Assembly: GCA_963663545.1 (NCBI GenBank)
Contig: OY760505.1
Span: 2,112,001-2,176,000, forward strand
DNA length: 64,000 nucleotides
Direction of reading: 5' to 3'
DNA from: Candidatus Delongbacteria bacterium
GTDB taxonomy: Bacteria > CAIWAD01
Position numbers and translations under genes: made by a program. Below are positions 50,396-60,800 of the stretch, piece by piece. The notes under the pieces were generated by a model that saw only the letters and a program-made list of their open reading frames with translations, did no database searches and was not told where the DNA came from. Position 1 is the stretch's first letter. The number at the start of each line of letters is the position of its first letter.

Positions 50396-51529
50396 ATGTC
50401 TTTCAATCGAGAGCAGATACTGGATTGGATTCAGAACATCGGACTCGATCAGGGTGCCGATGCACATCGTCGCGGGTGGTTGCGCGAGATTGATCTGCGC
50501 GATGATGGCGTCTTTGTTTACCTGGAAGTTCCCGCAGGGGATGCAGATCTTCCTCGTCGTGTCACAGAACAACTTCGCCAGCAATTAGGTGCGAAAGCCA
50601 ATGCGCGCGTAGAGGTGCTTGTGCGCATCGCGCGTGCCGAAGAAGCGTGCGGTTGCGGTGATGATTGTGGTTGCGAAAGTGATCATGATGACGATTGTGG
50701 TTGCGGCTCGGATCACGATCACGGGCACGCTCATAGCCATGCCCAGCCGACCGATGATCCCAATGAGATGCCCAAGCTGTTGGGACAAGTGAAGCACGTC
50801 ATCGCGGTCGCTTCTGGCAAGGGCGGCGTGGGCAAGAGTGCGATTGCGGCCAATCTCGCCATCAGTTTGGCGCGAGAAGGCTATCGCACGGGTTTGCTTG
50901 ACGCCGACATCTACGGCCCCTCCATGCCACTGCTGATGGGAAGTCGCCAGCGACCCCAGGTGCAGAACGGAAAGCTGATGCCGCTGGAGACCAAAGGTGT
51001 GCTGTCCATGTCGCTCGGTTACTTGATCGAGCCCGACAGCGCCATGATTTGGCGTGGTCCGATGGTAATGTCGGCGCTTACGCAATTGATGCAGGATGTG
51101 GTATGGCCGGAACTTGACTTCCTCGTTGTGGACATGCCCCCTGGAACCGGTGATGCACAGTTGACAATGGCGCAGCGCGTACAGATGGCGGGCGCAATTG
51201 TCGTCTCCACTCCGCAAGAAATGGCGCTGGAGGATGCACGCAAGGCCATCAACATGTTCCGCAAGGTGAATGTGCCCGTCTTGGGGCTGGTTGAGAACAT
51301 GAGCTGGTTCCGCTGCGACAACTGTGATAAGCGTCACTACCTGTTTGGCGAAAACGGAGTCAAGCGCGAGGCTGAAGTGCAGCAGCTTGAATTGCTGGCG
51401 CAGTTGCCATTGCTGCCGGTGATTCGCGAGAGTGGCGATCAGGGTGATCCGGTCGTCCTGCATAACGAAGAAGTTGCGGAAATCTTCCGCGGCATGGTGG
51501 ACAAGCTGCTGGCGAAAGTCGAGGCTTGA
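50396..51529 (+). CDS. mrp: Mrp/NBP35 (ApbC) Fe-S carrier ATPase
   Basis: VASGKGGVGKS, DADIYGPS, WRGPM, DMPPGTGD, VENMSWFRCDNC. Confidence 0.95.
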   Translation: MSFNREQILDWIQNIGLDQGADAHRRGWLREIDLRDDGVFVYLEVPAGDADLPRRVTEQLRQQLGAKANARVEVLVRIARAEEACGCGDDCGCESDHDDDCGCGSDHDHGHAHSHAQPTDDPNEMPKLLGQVKHVIAVASGKGGVGKSAIAANLAISLAREGYRTGLLDADIYGPSMPLLMGSRQRPQVQNGKLMPLETKGVLSMSLGYLIEPDSAMIWRGPMVMSALTQLMQDVVWPELDFLVVDMPPGTGDAQLTMAQRVQMAGAIVVSTPQEMALEDARKAINMFRKVNVPVLGLVENMSWFRCDNCDKRHYLFGENGVKREAEVQQLELLAQLPLLPVIRESGDQGDPVVLHNEEVAEIFRGMVDKLLAKVEA

Positions 51530-51692
51530 TCGCTTTCGGCCCGGGCACAGAGTAGAGCTGTCTCTCTTTGCGGAAGAAGTGACACCTCACTCGGTGTTAC
51601 TACTTTGTTCATTACCTCTTGGTACAGCAGTTCAGCTGCTTGATCCAGGTCGGGCCATTTTCTACTTTCATTGCAGAATCGATGGAGGATAC

Positions 51693-52742
51693 ATGAGTCG
51701 TCGACTTGTCCAGCTAGGCCTGGCCCTGTGCGTATTGGCCGGAGCAGCTTCTGCCCAAACCACTTCCTTGACCGAGGGGTTCTCCCTGCAGCTTAACGGT
51801 GGCTTGCAGCAAATGGGAGGACTGGATGATCTCAAAAACCAGATCAGCGGCATGAACCACTACTTCGGTGAGTACGGAGAGTTTGTTTCTGACGCACAGC
51901 GTGGCGTCGACACCGGCGAATGGGCGCCTTACCTGAAGATTGCCAACCCCAGTAGTTGGGATCACATAGGAGTGCACTTGCGCAAGGATCTGATGCGCTG
52001 GGAGCATTCTGCCTTGACGGTTGGCACGCGTTATCTCGGTGGATCGACTCACGAGTCGAGCTTGTTCCATTACACCGTGCCAAACCAGACGAGCATGGAA
52101 GGCAAAATCTGGGGCGAGGAGTACATCTCGGCCAGTAGCTACATGCTTACATGCGGGTACAAACTGCGCGACCGTGTCTTGCCGCTTTGGCTGAAAGCTG
52201 AACTTGGTCTGGGTATGGCTACTCTGGAAACGCAAGGCCGCTACACCTTCTCGGCGACCAATTTCACGGTTGATCAAGAAGACCCGGCATATGGCGAGAT
52301 TGGCATTGTGCAGGACCTTGTCGCCGATTACGACGGTGATACATTCTGTGCGGACATCTGCATTGGCTTCGAGTACACGATTGGCCGTCTTGGCATTCAG
52401 CTTGATGCCGGTTACAGCTACATGAACTTTGGCGAGCTGACGGATGGTAACACCACTTATCGTGCAATCGGCCAGGATGGCCAGGTTGTCGAGTATCAGC
52501 TGATCAATGTGCCTGACGGACGTTACGAATTTGTGCCCGCCATTCGTGCTGCTTTGACCCACATGGTTGATCTGCAGCTTAACAACGGTGAGCCCTTGAT
52601 TGGATATCCCGAAGGTCTCGGTGCGGGAGTCATTGACGTAGACTACTACACCAGTCAGCGCTTGGATATCCCGGCTCCGCAGCTGATTGAGTACGACTTG
52701 TCCGGGCCCTATGCTCGTTTTGGAATTTCGGTTTACTTCTAA
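51693..52742 (+). CDS. Hypothetical outer-membrane beta-barrel protein
   Basis: GGAGG RBS, signal peptide, C-terminal ARFGISVYF (BAM-type signal). Confidence 0.6.
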   Translation: MSRRLVQLGLALCVLAGAASAQTTSLTEGFSLQLNGGLQQMGGLDDLKNQISGMNHYFGEYGEFVSDAQRGVDTGEWAPYLKIANPSSWDHIGVHLRKDLMRWEHSALTVGTRYLGGSTHESSLFHYTVPNQTSMEGKIWGEEYISASSYMLTCGYKLRDRVLPLWLKAELGLGMATLETQGRYTFSATNFTVDQEDPAYGEIGIVQDLVADYDGDTFCADICIGFEYTIGRLGIQLDAGYSYMNFGELTDGNTTYRAIGQDGQVVEYQLINVPDGRYEFVPAIRAALTHMVDLQLNNGEPLIGYPEGLGAGVIDVDYYTSQRLDIPAPQLIEYDLSGPYARFGISVYF

Positions 52743-52764
52743 GAGCCGACGTTGTGATACACTC

Positions 52765-52788
52765 AGGGGCCCGCGCGGCCCCTTTTCT
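52765..52788 (+). terminator. Intrinsic terminator
   Basis: AGGGGCC-CGCGC-GGCCCCTTTT; GTGATACA at 52754 just upstream. Confidence 0.6.
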
Positions 52789-52805
52789 ATTGGTGGAGAT
52801 GAAAG

Positions 52806-55604
52806 ATGCGCAAGCTCTTCCTCATAGATCTGATGTCGCTGTTTTTCAAATCGCACATGGCGATGGAGCGTCACCATTTAACCAACGGTGACGGCATGAT
52901 CGTCAGCGGAATCAGCGGCGTGATACGTACTCTGCTTTCCATTCAGCGCCAGGAAGAACCCGATGCTATTGTGGTTTGCAGTGATACAAGCGGAAAGACC
53001 TTCCGACATCGGCTCTACGACAAGTACAAGGCCAACCGTCCTCCCATGGCCGACGAAATGGCTGCGCAACTTCCGCATCTCTTTCAACTGCTCGATAGCG
53101 CAGGCATGCCGGTGCAGACCTGCAGTGGCTACGAGGCAGACGATTTGCTGGCTACGTTGGCTGTTCGCGGCAGGGATGCTGGCTGGCAGGTGTTCATTGT
53201 CTCGGCGGACAAGGATCTGATGCAGCTTGTTGATGAGCGCACCTTTCTTTACACGACAAAGAAGGGGGGCGAAGTAGAATTGGTTGGTGCTGACGCCGTG
53301 CGGGCAAAATTCGGCGTATCACCCAATCAGATCGGCGATTTGCTGGCCCTGATGGGGGACGCCTCGGACAATGTCCCGGGCGTGCCCAAGGTGGGAGTGA
53401 AGACTGCCGGCAAACTGATTGCCGATTACGGTTCGCTTGATGGCATCTACGAGCATTTGGATGACCTTGGCGGAAAGGCTGTTGGCAAGGCGCTCGCGGA
53501 AAACCGGGAGCTGGCGCGTCTATCGCGTCAACTCGTGGAGCTGGATACCAACGCTCCCTGTCCCGTTGACCTGGAGCAGCTTCCCACAGTAGACTGGTCG
53601 AGGCCTGAGCTGGTGGAACGCATGATGGGGCTGGGCTTTCGAGGCCTCATTCAACAGGCTGGCAAGATGACGGCACAGGGCGCGCCGGGAGAGATTTCGT
53701 CCAAAGCGTCCAAGCAGCAAGTTGAGCGAGTGTATCACATCATCCGTGATCGCGAAGCGTTTTGTGCCTTTTGGGATGACATGTTGCGTGATACAAACCC
53801 GGATGGTGATACACGAGCGGCTTGCGCCTTCGATCTCGAGACGACAGGGCTGGATGCGCACAATTGTACAATTGTCGGTTTCAGTTTCAGTTGGAAGCCC
53901 GGAGTCGCGTACTACATTCCATCCCGCTTTCCCACCGGCGAGGAGCGAGAACACAGTGCCGAAGCAGAGTTGCCACTCTTCGAAATGAAGGAGGAGTTCG
54001 TTCCTGCTGATCTCGAGTGGCTGCTTGAGCGGCTTCGCGGTTGGTACGAGGACGAGCGCCGCGCGAAGTTGGGACAGAACTGCAAGTACGACATCAACGT
54101 GCTCGCGCAGTATGGAGTTCATGTCCAGGGCGTCATCTTTGATACCATGTTGGCGAGTTACGTGTTACAGCCCGAAGGACGCCAGCACAATCTTGACGCA
54201 CTAAGCCTGCGCTATCTTGGGGAGACGAAGATCCCGACCCATGATCTCATCGGCAAGGGCGCCCGCGCTATCAGCATGGCCGACGTACCGCTGGATCGCA
54301 TCGGCGAGTACGCCTGTGAAGACGCCGATTGTGTGTTACGGCTGTGGCCGCTCTTGGATGAGGAGTTGAAGAAGGCTGGCTTGGAAAGCCTCTTCCGCGA
54401 GATTGACGTGCCGGTAATGCGGGTCCTCTGCGAGATGGAGCAGGCCGGAGTTAAGATTGACATTGAGCCGTTGAGGGCGCTCGGTGAGGAGCTTCATCAG
54501 CAAATGGCTGTGCTGGAGCGCGAAGTCTACGAGCTTGCTGGCGAGGAGTTTAACCTGAATTCGCCACGGCAGCTATCGGGCATTCTTTTCGACAAGCTCG
54601 GTCTGAAGCCTGGCAAGAAGACGACCACCGGTTACTCGACGGATGTGCGTGAACTCGAACGCCTTGCCGATGAGCACCCGCTTCCTGGAAGACTGCTTGA
54701 GTTCCGGCAACTCGCCAAACTGCTTGGCACTTATGTTGAAGCGCTTCCACGTATGGTCAACGAGCGCACAGGGCGTATTCACACTAGTTTCAACCAGACC
54801 ATAGCCGCAACCGGGCGCCTGTCCAGCACCGATCCCAACCTGCAAAACATCCCTGTTCGCAGCGAATGGGGACGACGTATTCGCGATGCGTTTGTAGCAC
54901 GCGACGCGGACCATGTTTTGATTGACGCGGATTACTCACAAATCGAGTTGCGGCTATTAGCGCACATTTCCGGCGACCCTGAACTGACGCGCTCCTTTCG
55001 TGCGGGCGAGGATGTCCACGCGCGGACGGCGGCCGCAATTTTCGGTGTATCACCGGCGGATGTGGATGCGGCGATGCGCGCCCAGGCGAAGGTGGTCAAC
55101 TTCGGCGTGATCTATGGAATGAGCGCCTTTGCACTTGCCGGCAATCTTGGAATACCGGTGGGTGAGGCAAAGCGCTTCATCGACGAGTATTTCACGCTTT
55201 ATGCCGGTGTGCGCGCTTATGTTGAGAGCACGCTGGAACAAGCACGCGCGCAGGGGTGGGTGGCCAACATTTTCGGACGCCGGCGCTACCTGCCTGAGAT
55301 TCAAGCCGCTAACCGACAGCTTCGCGAAAACACGGAGCGCATTGCTGTCAACACACCCATTCAGGGGAGTGCGGCAGATCTGATCAAGCTGGCGATGATT
55401 CGTGTATCACAGAGAATACCTGATGAAATGCCATCTTTGCGCATGATTTCACAGGTTCACGACGAGCTCTTACTCGAGGCCCCACGCAACAAGGCCGAAG
55501 GCTACGCGCGCATCATTCAACATGAAATGGAGCATGCGCACGAGCTGAGTATTCCGCTTGTTGCCGACCCTGGGATTGGAGACAGTTGGCTGCAGGCCAA
55601 ATAG
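52806..55604 (+). CDS. polA: DNA polymerase I
   Basis: 5' nuclease (YEADD, GDASDNVPGV), exo motifs (FDLETTG, NCKYD, YACEDAD), DYSQIELR, QVHDEL. Confidence 0.98.
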   Translation: MRKLFLIDLMSLFFKSHMAMERHHLTNGDGMIVSGISGVIRTLLSIQRQEEPDAIVVCSDTSGKTFRHRLYDKYKANRPPMADEMAAQLPHLFQLLDSAGMPVQTCSGYEADDLLATLAVRGRDAGWQVFIVSADKDLMQLVDERTFLYTTKKGGEVELVGADAVRAKFGVSPNQIGDLLALMGDASDNVPGVPKVGVKTAGKLIADYGSLDGIYEHLDDLGGKAVGKALAENRELARLSRQLVELDTNAPCPVDLEQLPTVDWSRPELVERMMGLGFRGLIQQAGKMTAQGAPGEISSKASKQQVERVYHIIRDREAFCAFWDDMLRDTNPDGDTRAACAFDLETTGLDAHNCTIVGFSFSWKPGVAYYIPSRFPTGEEREHSAEAELPLFEMKEEFVPADLEWLLERLRGWYEDERRAKLGQNCKYDINVLAQYGVHVQGVIFDTMLASYVLQPEGRQHNLDALSLRYLGETKIPTHDLIGKGARAISMADVPLDRIGEYACEDADCVLRLWPLLDEELKKAGLESLFREIDVPVMRVLCEMEQAGVKIDIEPLRALGEELHQQMAVLEREVYELAGEEFNLNSPRQLSGILFDKLGLKPGKKTTTGYSTDVRELERLADEHPLPGRLLEFRQLAKLLGTYVEALPRMVNERTGRIHTSFNQTIAATGRLSSTDPNLQNIPVRSEWGRRIRDAFVARDADHVLIDADYSQIELRLLAHISGDPELTRSFRAGEDVHARTAAAIFGVSPADVDAAMRAQAKVVNFGVIYGMSAFALAGNLGIPVGEAKRFIDEYFTLYAGVRAYVESTLEQARAQGWVANIFGRRRYLPEIQAANRQLRENTERIAVNTPIQGSAADLIKLAMIRVSQRIPDEMPSLRMISQVHDELLLEAPRNKAEGYARIIQHEMEHAHELSIPLVADPGIGDSWLQAK

Positions 55605-55616
55605 GAGAGTGGGAAG

Positions 55617-56189
55617 ATGAGTCGAATTCCTTTCGTGTTATTCGTATTGATCATGGTCTCCGGAGTTCTGGCTGATGATCTGTCGTCCACGCCGCCACGG
55701 ACAGGTGTTGCACCCCGTGTCAACCCCTACACGTGGTCCCTTGGCTTGCAGGCTTCCATGATGACCTCGTATGGAATCTGCATTGAGCGGAGATTTGGCG
55801 AACGCGTCGGCCTCCGAATCGGAGGCTTGGGCTATTTGGATTCCGAGGACGGAAACAAGCGCTATTTGTTGACGGGCCTGTTGGAGGGTCGCTATCTGCT
55901 GAAGCGCATTAGTCTGGTGGACATGAATGTCTTTGCCGGTGTAGGTCGCGTGATTGATATGGACAAAGAGGAGTATTCCGATTACAACGGCGGCGAAGAC
56001 TATCACATGGAAGGCACCAACCGCGTTGGGTTTGGAATAAGTATATGTTTTCTTGGAATTAATAATCTGGATTTTGAGATGCAGCTTGGCCAGTACTATC
56101 GCGAAACGCACAATGTCCAGGGTCTGGATAGCTCGCACTCGTATCGCTTCGGTACAGGAGTTGGTGCTTGCTTGTCCTATAGATTCTAG
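55617..56189 (+). CDS. Small outer-membrane beta-barrel protein
   Basis: Signal peptide; ends GACLSYRF. Confidence 0.55.
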   Translation: MSRIPFVLFVLIMVSGVLADDLSSTPPRTGVAPRVNPYTWSLGLQASMMTSYGICIERRFGERVGLRIGGLGYLDSEDGNKRYLLTGLLEGRYLLKRISLVDMNVFAGVGRVIDMDKEEYSDYNGGEDYHMEGTNRVGFGISICFLGINNLDFEMQLGQYYRETHNVQGLDSSHSYRFGTGVGACLSYRF

Positions 56190-56219
56190 GACCATTGCGC
56201 TTCGGTGGTTGGTGGGATG

Positions 56220-56280
56220 AGGAATTTTTGCGCATTTAGCGCAAAAATTCCTTGACTCGTGTAGCGAGCTCTGATATTTT
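56220..56280 (+). promoter_or_regulatory. 14-bp inverted repeat abutting a sigma70-like promoter
   Basis: AGGAATTTTTGCGC-ATTTA-GCGCAAAAATTCCT; TTGACT-N17-TATTTT with TGn extension. Confidence 0.6.
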
Positions 56281-56289
56281 GCCGTCTAC

Positions 56290-57807
56290 ATGGAGGCAAC
56301 ATCCCTCATTCAAACGGCCCTACCGCAGGTGTTCCGTTCTTTTGGTCCCGCCAGTCCGGTGGATGCACTGGAGCCGGTGAAGGCGGATAGCCAGTGGGTC
56401 GATTCAGTGGCCCACATTAGTCAGTTTGCCAACCGCAGCATTCCCCAAGCCCGCCAACAGTTTGAGCTCATGCTACGCACCGAGCAGCGCGGTTCTCACA
56501 GGGCCGTGCTCTTTGCTGGCATTGCTCGCTGCCTGAACAGCCAGATGATGCTGACACGCGGCGCCGAGCTGCTGGGGTATGCGTGGAGTCTGCTGGATCA
56601 GGAGGAGCCGGACTGTGCTGCATTTGTGCAATTGGAGATGGTGCGCTTTCTGGTGATCATCGGCAACTCGGACGCTGCACGGTTGATGTTAGAGCACATC
56701 ATGCGTATCACGCGCAGCGAGTACTTGTTGCGCATGGCCGAGTATTATCGCCTGGCCGATGCTGCAGGACAGGGGCGGGATGTGATACCCGCACTACAGG
56801 ATTCCGCCGATTGGTTCCAGGAACGCGGACAGCTTAGCGCCACCGTGTCGCACTTACGCATGATCGCTGCATTGAAGCGTTTCGCCGGGAACGATGACGA
56901 GGCACGTGATACACTGAATCGAGCCATGCTGAGCAGCAAAGGCGATGATCTTCGCTTCTGCAGGGCGCTGGTGCATAATGATCTGGGGCAGTTGGCTTTC
57001 CAGTCAGGCGATCGCGATGGAGCCTTCAAGCATTTGAATGCGGCGCTGGATCTGGCGGAGTTTCCCTATTCCCGCATCGATACGCTTGATCTGATGGGCC
57101 GCTTTCTACGCGACAGTGGCGAACATGATCAGGCGATCGAGCGCCTGACCGAGGCTCTGGATATTGCCGAGGAGCAGGGCACGATGATTATTCTGCCCGC
57201 TCTGAACCTATACTTGGGCGAGTGTCACGAAGCGCTACATGCGCCTTCTGTGTCACGATACTTCTATCGTCGCGCGTCTCAGAGTGCGATGGAGCTGCTT
57301 GAGCATGGCTTTCCCGCCACGGCAACACGACTCAAGGCCATTCGCGAATACAACCGGATCTGCGCGGTGACGGCGCAAGAGGACGCCCCACAATCCAGTC
57401 ATCAGGATTGGTCTTTTGCGCTGTCACACACGCTGCGGGACATTCGGACCCTGTTCCAGCAGGCGCTGCTCGCCGCTGCACGGCAACGGGCAGGTAGCCT
57501 GCGGGACGCTTCACAGGAACTGGGAATTGCGGAGCGAACGGCAAACAATGTGATACGTCGATACCGCGAGCTGGGCTCACCGGATCCGGAGCCGGTGATC
57601 GTTGAGTTCGTTCAAGAAGTTCTGAAGCTGAATTGGAAAGAATCCAATCAACGATTTGATGACGCAGTGCTGCTGCGTCTTGCAGAGTATCACGACAACA
57701 ACAGGCGGAAGATGTGTGAACAGCTCGGAGTCAGCTATCAGCACCTGTCTGCCATGTTCTGTGATACACGCAAGCGTTTGGAGTGTTGCGGAAAGGAGGC
57801 CCCATGA
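56290..57807 (+). CDS. TPR-repeat protein with two C-terminal Fis-like HTH motifs (putative regulator)
   Basis: NDLGQLAF..GD...A, LMGRF...GEHDQAIERL; ASQELGIAERT and MCEQLGVSYQHL. Confidence 0.7.
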   Translation: MEATSLIQTALPQVFRSFGPASPVDALEPVKADSQWVDSVAHISQFANRSIPQARQQFELMLRTEQRGSHRAVLFAGIARCLNSQMMLTRGAELLGYAWSLLDQEEPDCAAFVQLEMVRFLVIIGNSDAARLMLEHIMRITRSEYLLRMAEYYRLADAAGQGRDVIPALQDSADWFQERGQLSATVSHLRMIAALKRFAGNDDEARDTLNRAMLSSKGDDLRFCRALVHNDLGQLAFQSGDRDGAFKHLNAALDLAEFPYSRIDTLDLMGRFLRDSGEHDQAIERLTEALDIAEEQGTMIILPALNLYLGECHEALHAPSVSRYFYRRASQSAMELLEHGFPATATRLKAIREYNRICAVTAQEDAPQSSHQDWSFALSHTLRDIRTLFQQALLAAARQRAGSLRDASQELGIAERTANNVIRRYRELGSPDPEPVIVEFVQEVLKLNWKESNQRFDDAVLLRLAEYHDNNRRKMCEQLGVSYQHLSAMFCDTRKRLECCGKEAP

Positions 57808-60800
57808 TGTCCGCACGGAATTCGTTCATGACACTTCTGTGCTCGATGCTGCTGGCCAATACGCTGCCGGCCGCCTCGTTCAGCGGAAGTGTAATGGACG
57901 CGCTGGACGGCACGCTACTCCCCGGCACGGAAGTAGAGCTGTCTGGCGTCAACGGCACTTCATGGACGGCGATGACGGGCGAGGAAGGCGACTTCGTTAT
58001 TGAGGCTCCAGCGGGTCGCTACGACCTGCACGTGATGCATCCCGAGTATCACCCCATCGACCATCCCATGCAGCTGCCGGAAGCGGGTTTGATTCGTGAA
58101 CTCGCGCTGATGCCGCTCGATGTGGAGCATGCGCTAATGACCGGGTACATCACCGACGCCGAAACCGGAGAGGCTGTGGCCGGTGCCACAGTGGTTACGG
58201 CGGAAGGGCTGATGGCACATAGCAATCAGGAAGGCCTGTACAGGCTGGGCGGTCTTGTTCCCACGATCTTGGAGTTTCAGGTGGTGCATCCGCTCTACCA
58301 ACTCTACGAACAGACTACTTTCCTGGAAGCGGGTGAAAACCAGTTCGACATTCAATTGACCCCCGGCGAGATCGATCCCGGCACGGCCTGGCTGCTGGGC
58401 AATGTCGTCGGTATCGATTGGCAGATTCCCATTGAGGGCGCACGTGTTGCGCTAGACGGTGATACACTGGCAATAACAGGCCCAAGTGGTGAATACTCCA
58501 TTTTCCAGCTTGAGCCCGGTTCCTATGAATTGTCTGTCTGCGCAGAGGGCTTCGAGCCCTTCGTATCACCGCTGAGTATCGAGGCGGGTGCAAATCACCG
58601 ACGCGTTGTGCTGGAGCCACTGGGCGGCATCGAGACCGCTACGCTGACCGGCGTAGTTGTAGATGAAAACGGCGCAGGAATCGTTGGTGTCGATCTGCAT
58701 GTGACGAATCACGGCGCTGGAGCTGTGGCGGAATGCGTCTCAACCGAAGACGGCGCTTTCTCTTTCGATGCGCTCTTTGCGGGCGAATGGATGCTTACAG
58801 CTCACGCCGATGGCTATCTGCCGTATCACGACACAGTGGAGCTGTCTGCAGGTGACAATGAGCTCGCTATTACCATGACCACGGAGCTCAACGAGGAAAG
58901 CGCAGGCATCGAAGGCTATGTGCTTTCGGCGAGCACGGGAGATCCGGTTTCCCACGCCAACATTGTGATTCACCAGGAAAACGTGGCCACTATTGTCGTT
59001 GTAAACGGACAGGGGCACTTCCATTCTCAGCTTCTGTCGCCTGGCACTGCAAGTGCCACCGTGACACATGAAGGCTTTGCTACGCTTGTTGAAGAGATTG
59101 AGCTCTTCGAGAATGAAGTGCTGGCACACGATTTCATCCTAGTACCCGATGAGGAGCCGCAGACCGCTAACCTGAGCGGTGTGGTCACTGACGAGGCAAC
59201 AGCTGAGCCATTGGCCGGTGTCACCGTTTCTCTGACCAGTATGATCTACGACTGTGGTGCAAGTGCTACCACCACCGAGGATGGCTCGTACCTGATTGAA
59301 GAGTTCTGCAACGGGCCTGCAACCATCACTGTTCAGGTCGAAGGCTATCTGCCTTACTCCACACGCATCCACATGACACAGGGCGACAATGTTCATGATG
59401 TCACACTGGTGCCCTTTGAGCAGGAAACAGCTAGCCTGAGCGGTCGTGTTACAGAGTACGAAAGCGGAGAAGGCGTCTCCAACGCGCACGTTCGCGTGGT
59501 CAGTCAGACGGTCTGGTTGTTTGCCGAGACCTACACAGACGAAGATGGCTACTATGCTGTTGATGACTATGTGTCGGGTCCAAGCAATTTCATCGTGATC
59601 GTTGATGATTTCCCGGCGTATCACGAGACCATCGATCTGGATCCTGGTGTAAACGCGTACAACTGTGTACTTGGTGATCCGGGAACCGGAGCGGCCAGCC
59701 TGAGTGGCTACGTTACTGAAGTAACAAGCGGTGAACCCATTCCGGACGTCGAGATTGTTTCCGAGGATTATCAGTTCGCCATTTCCGATCTCGAGGGCCA
59801 GTATCTGTTCCCGGAATTGGAGCCGGGTGAGACAAGCTTCTGGGTTCATCATCCCTTCTATGGCGATTGCTTCTCTTTCACCTTGAACCTTGAGCCTGGT
59901 GAAAATGTGCACGATATCGAGCTGCGTCTGCATGGAACAGGCAGTGAGCCCGCGTCTCTGTTGATTACCACCTACAACGGACTCTCCGGTGAGACACTGG
60001 ATGCCGTCGAGGTGTATGCCAACGGTACACAGATCGGTGTTACAAATGATGCCGGGCAATTGGATCTGGCAAACATCAGCTCCGGCCACCTGGTACTGAT
60101 GGCCCTGCGTGAGGGATTCAGCATGGCGCACGACAACGTCTGGCTCACTCCGGGTGAGAACGTGGTCGACCTCAATCTCTTTCCTGAAATCGAAGAGCCT
60201 CACGAAGTACTCGTCCATGGCCGCGTTGTTGATGCTGTGACACGTCTTCCCATTGCAGGTGCAGAAGTGGAAGTGACACTGCCCGATAGCCAAGATGCCT
60301 TTGTGGCCGTATCCGATGCGTCCGGTTTGTACGACTTGCCCTTGCCGCTGGTGGAGACGCCTTACATCAACGTCTACTGCCAGGTAGAGGGCTACGAAGC
60401 GCGCGAGTACGAGATTTTCGTGCAGTACCGTGATGTCGTTGAGCTGAACGTGATCCTGTTGCCCGAGAATTCCAACATGGGCATGATTCGTGGTCGTGTT
60501 ACATACGATGGCGGCCATCCGGCTCCCGCAGTGGTCTGGGCTATCAGCGCCGATTCCTATGACTACATGGAGCCTGTTGAAGCGTCCGGATCCTATACGC
60601 TGATGCTGCCTCCCGGAGAGTATTACATCGCCTGCTCGCTGATTGGAGCAGAGGGTGAGCAGATCTACACCGAGTTCTACGATGATGTGATGTTCCTGGA
60701 CGATGCCGAAAGCCTTAGTGTGGAGGCTGGCAGTGTGCTTCCCGGTATCAATTTCGGTCTGCCCTTGATGGAGACCATCAATATTCATCTGACCGGCCAG

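Noticed and set aside
16373..60353. E. coli Chi (GCTGGTGG) copies, given the recBCD operon
   Set aside because: Only a handful seen (e.g. near 20754, 23187, 29373, 60346), readily explained by Leu-Val codons in a GC-rich genome.
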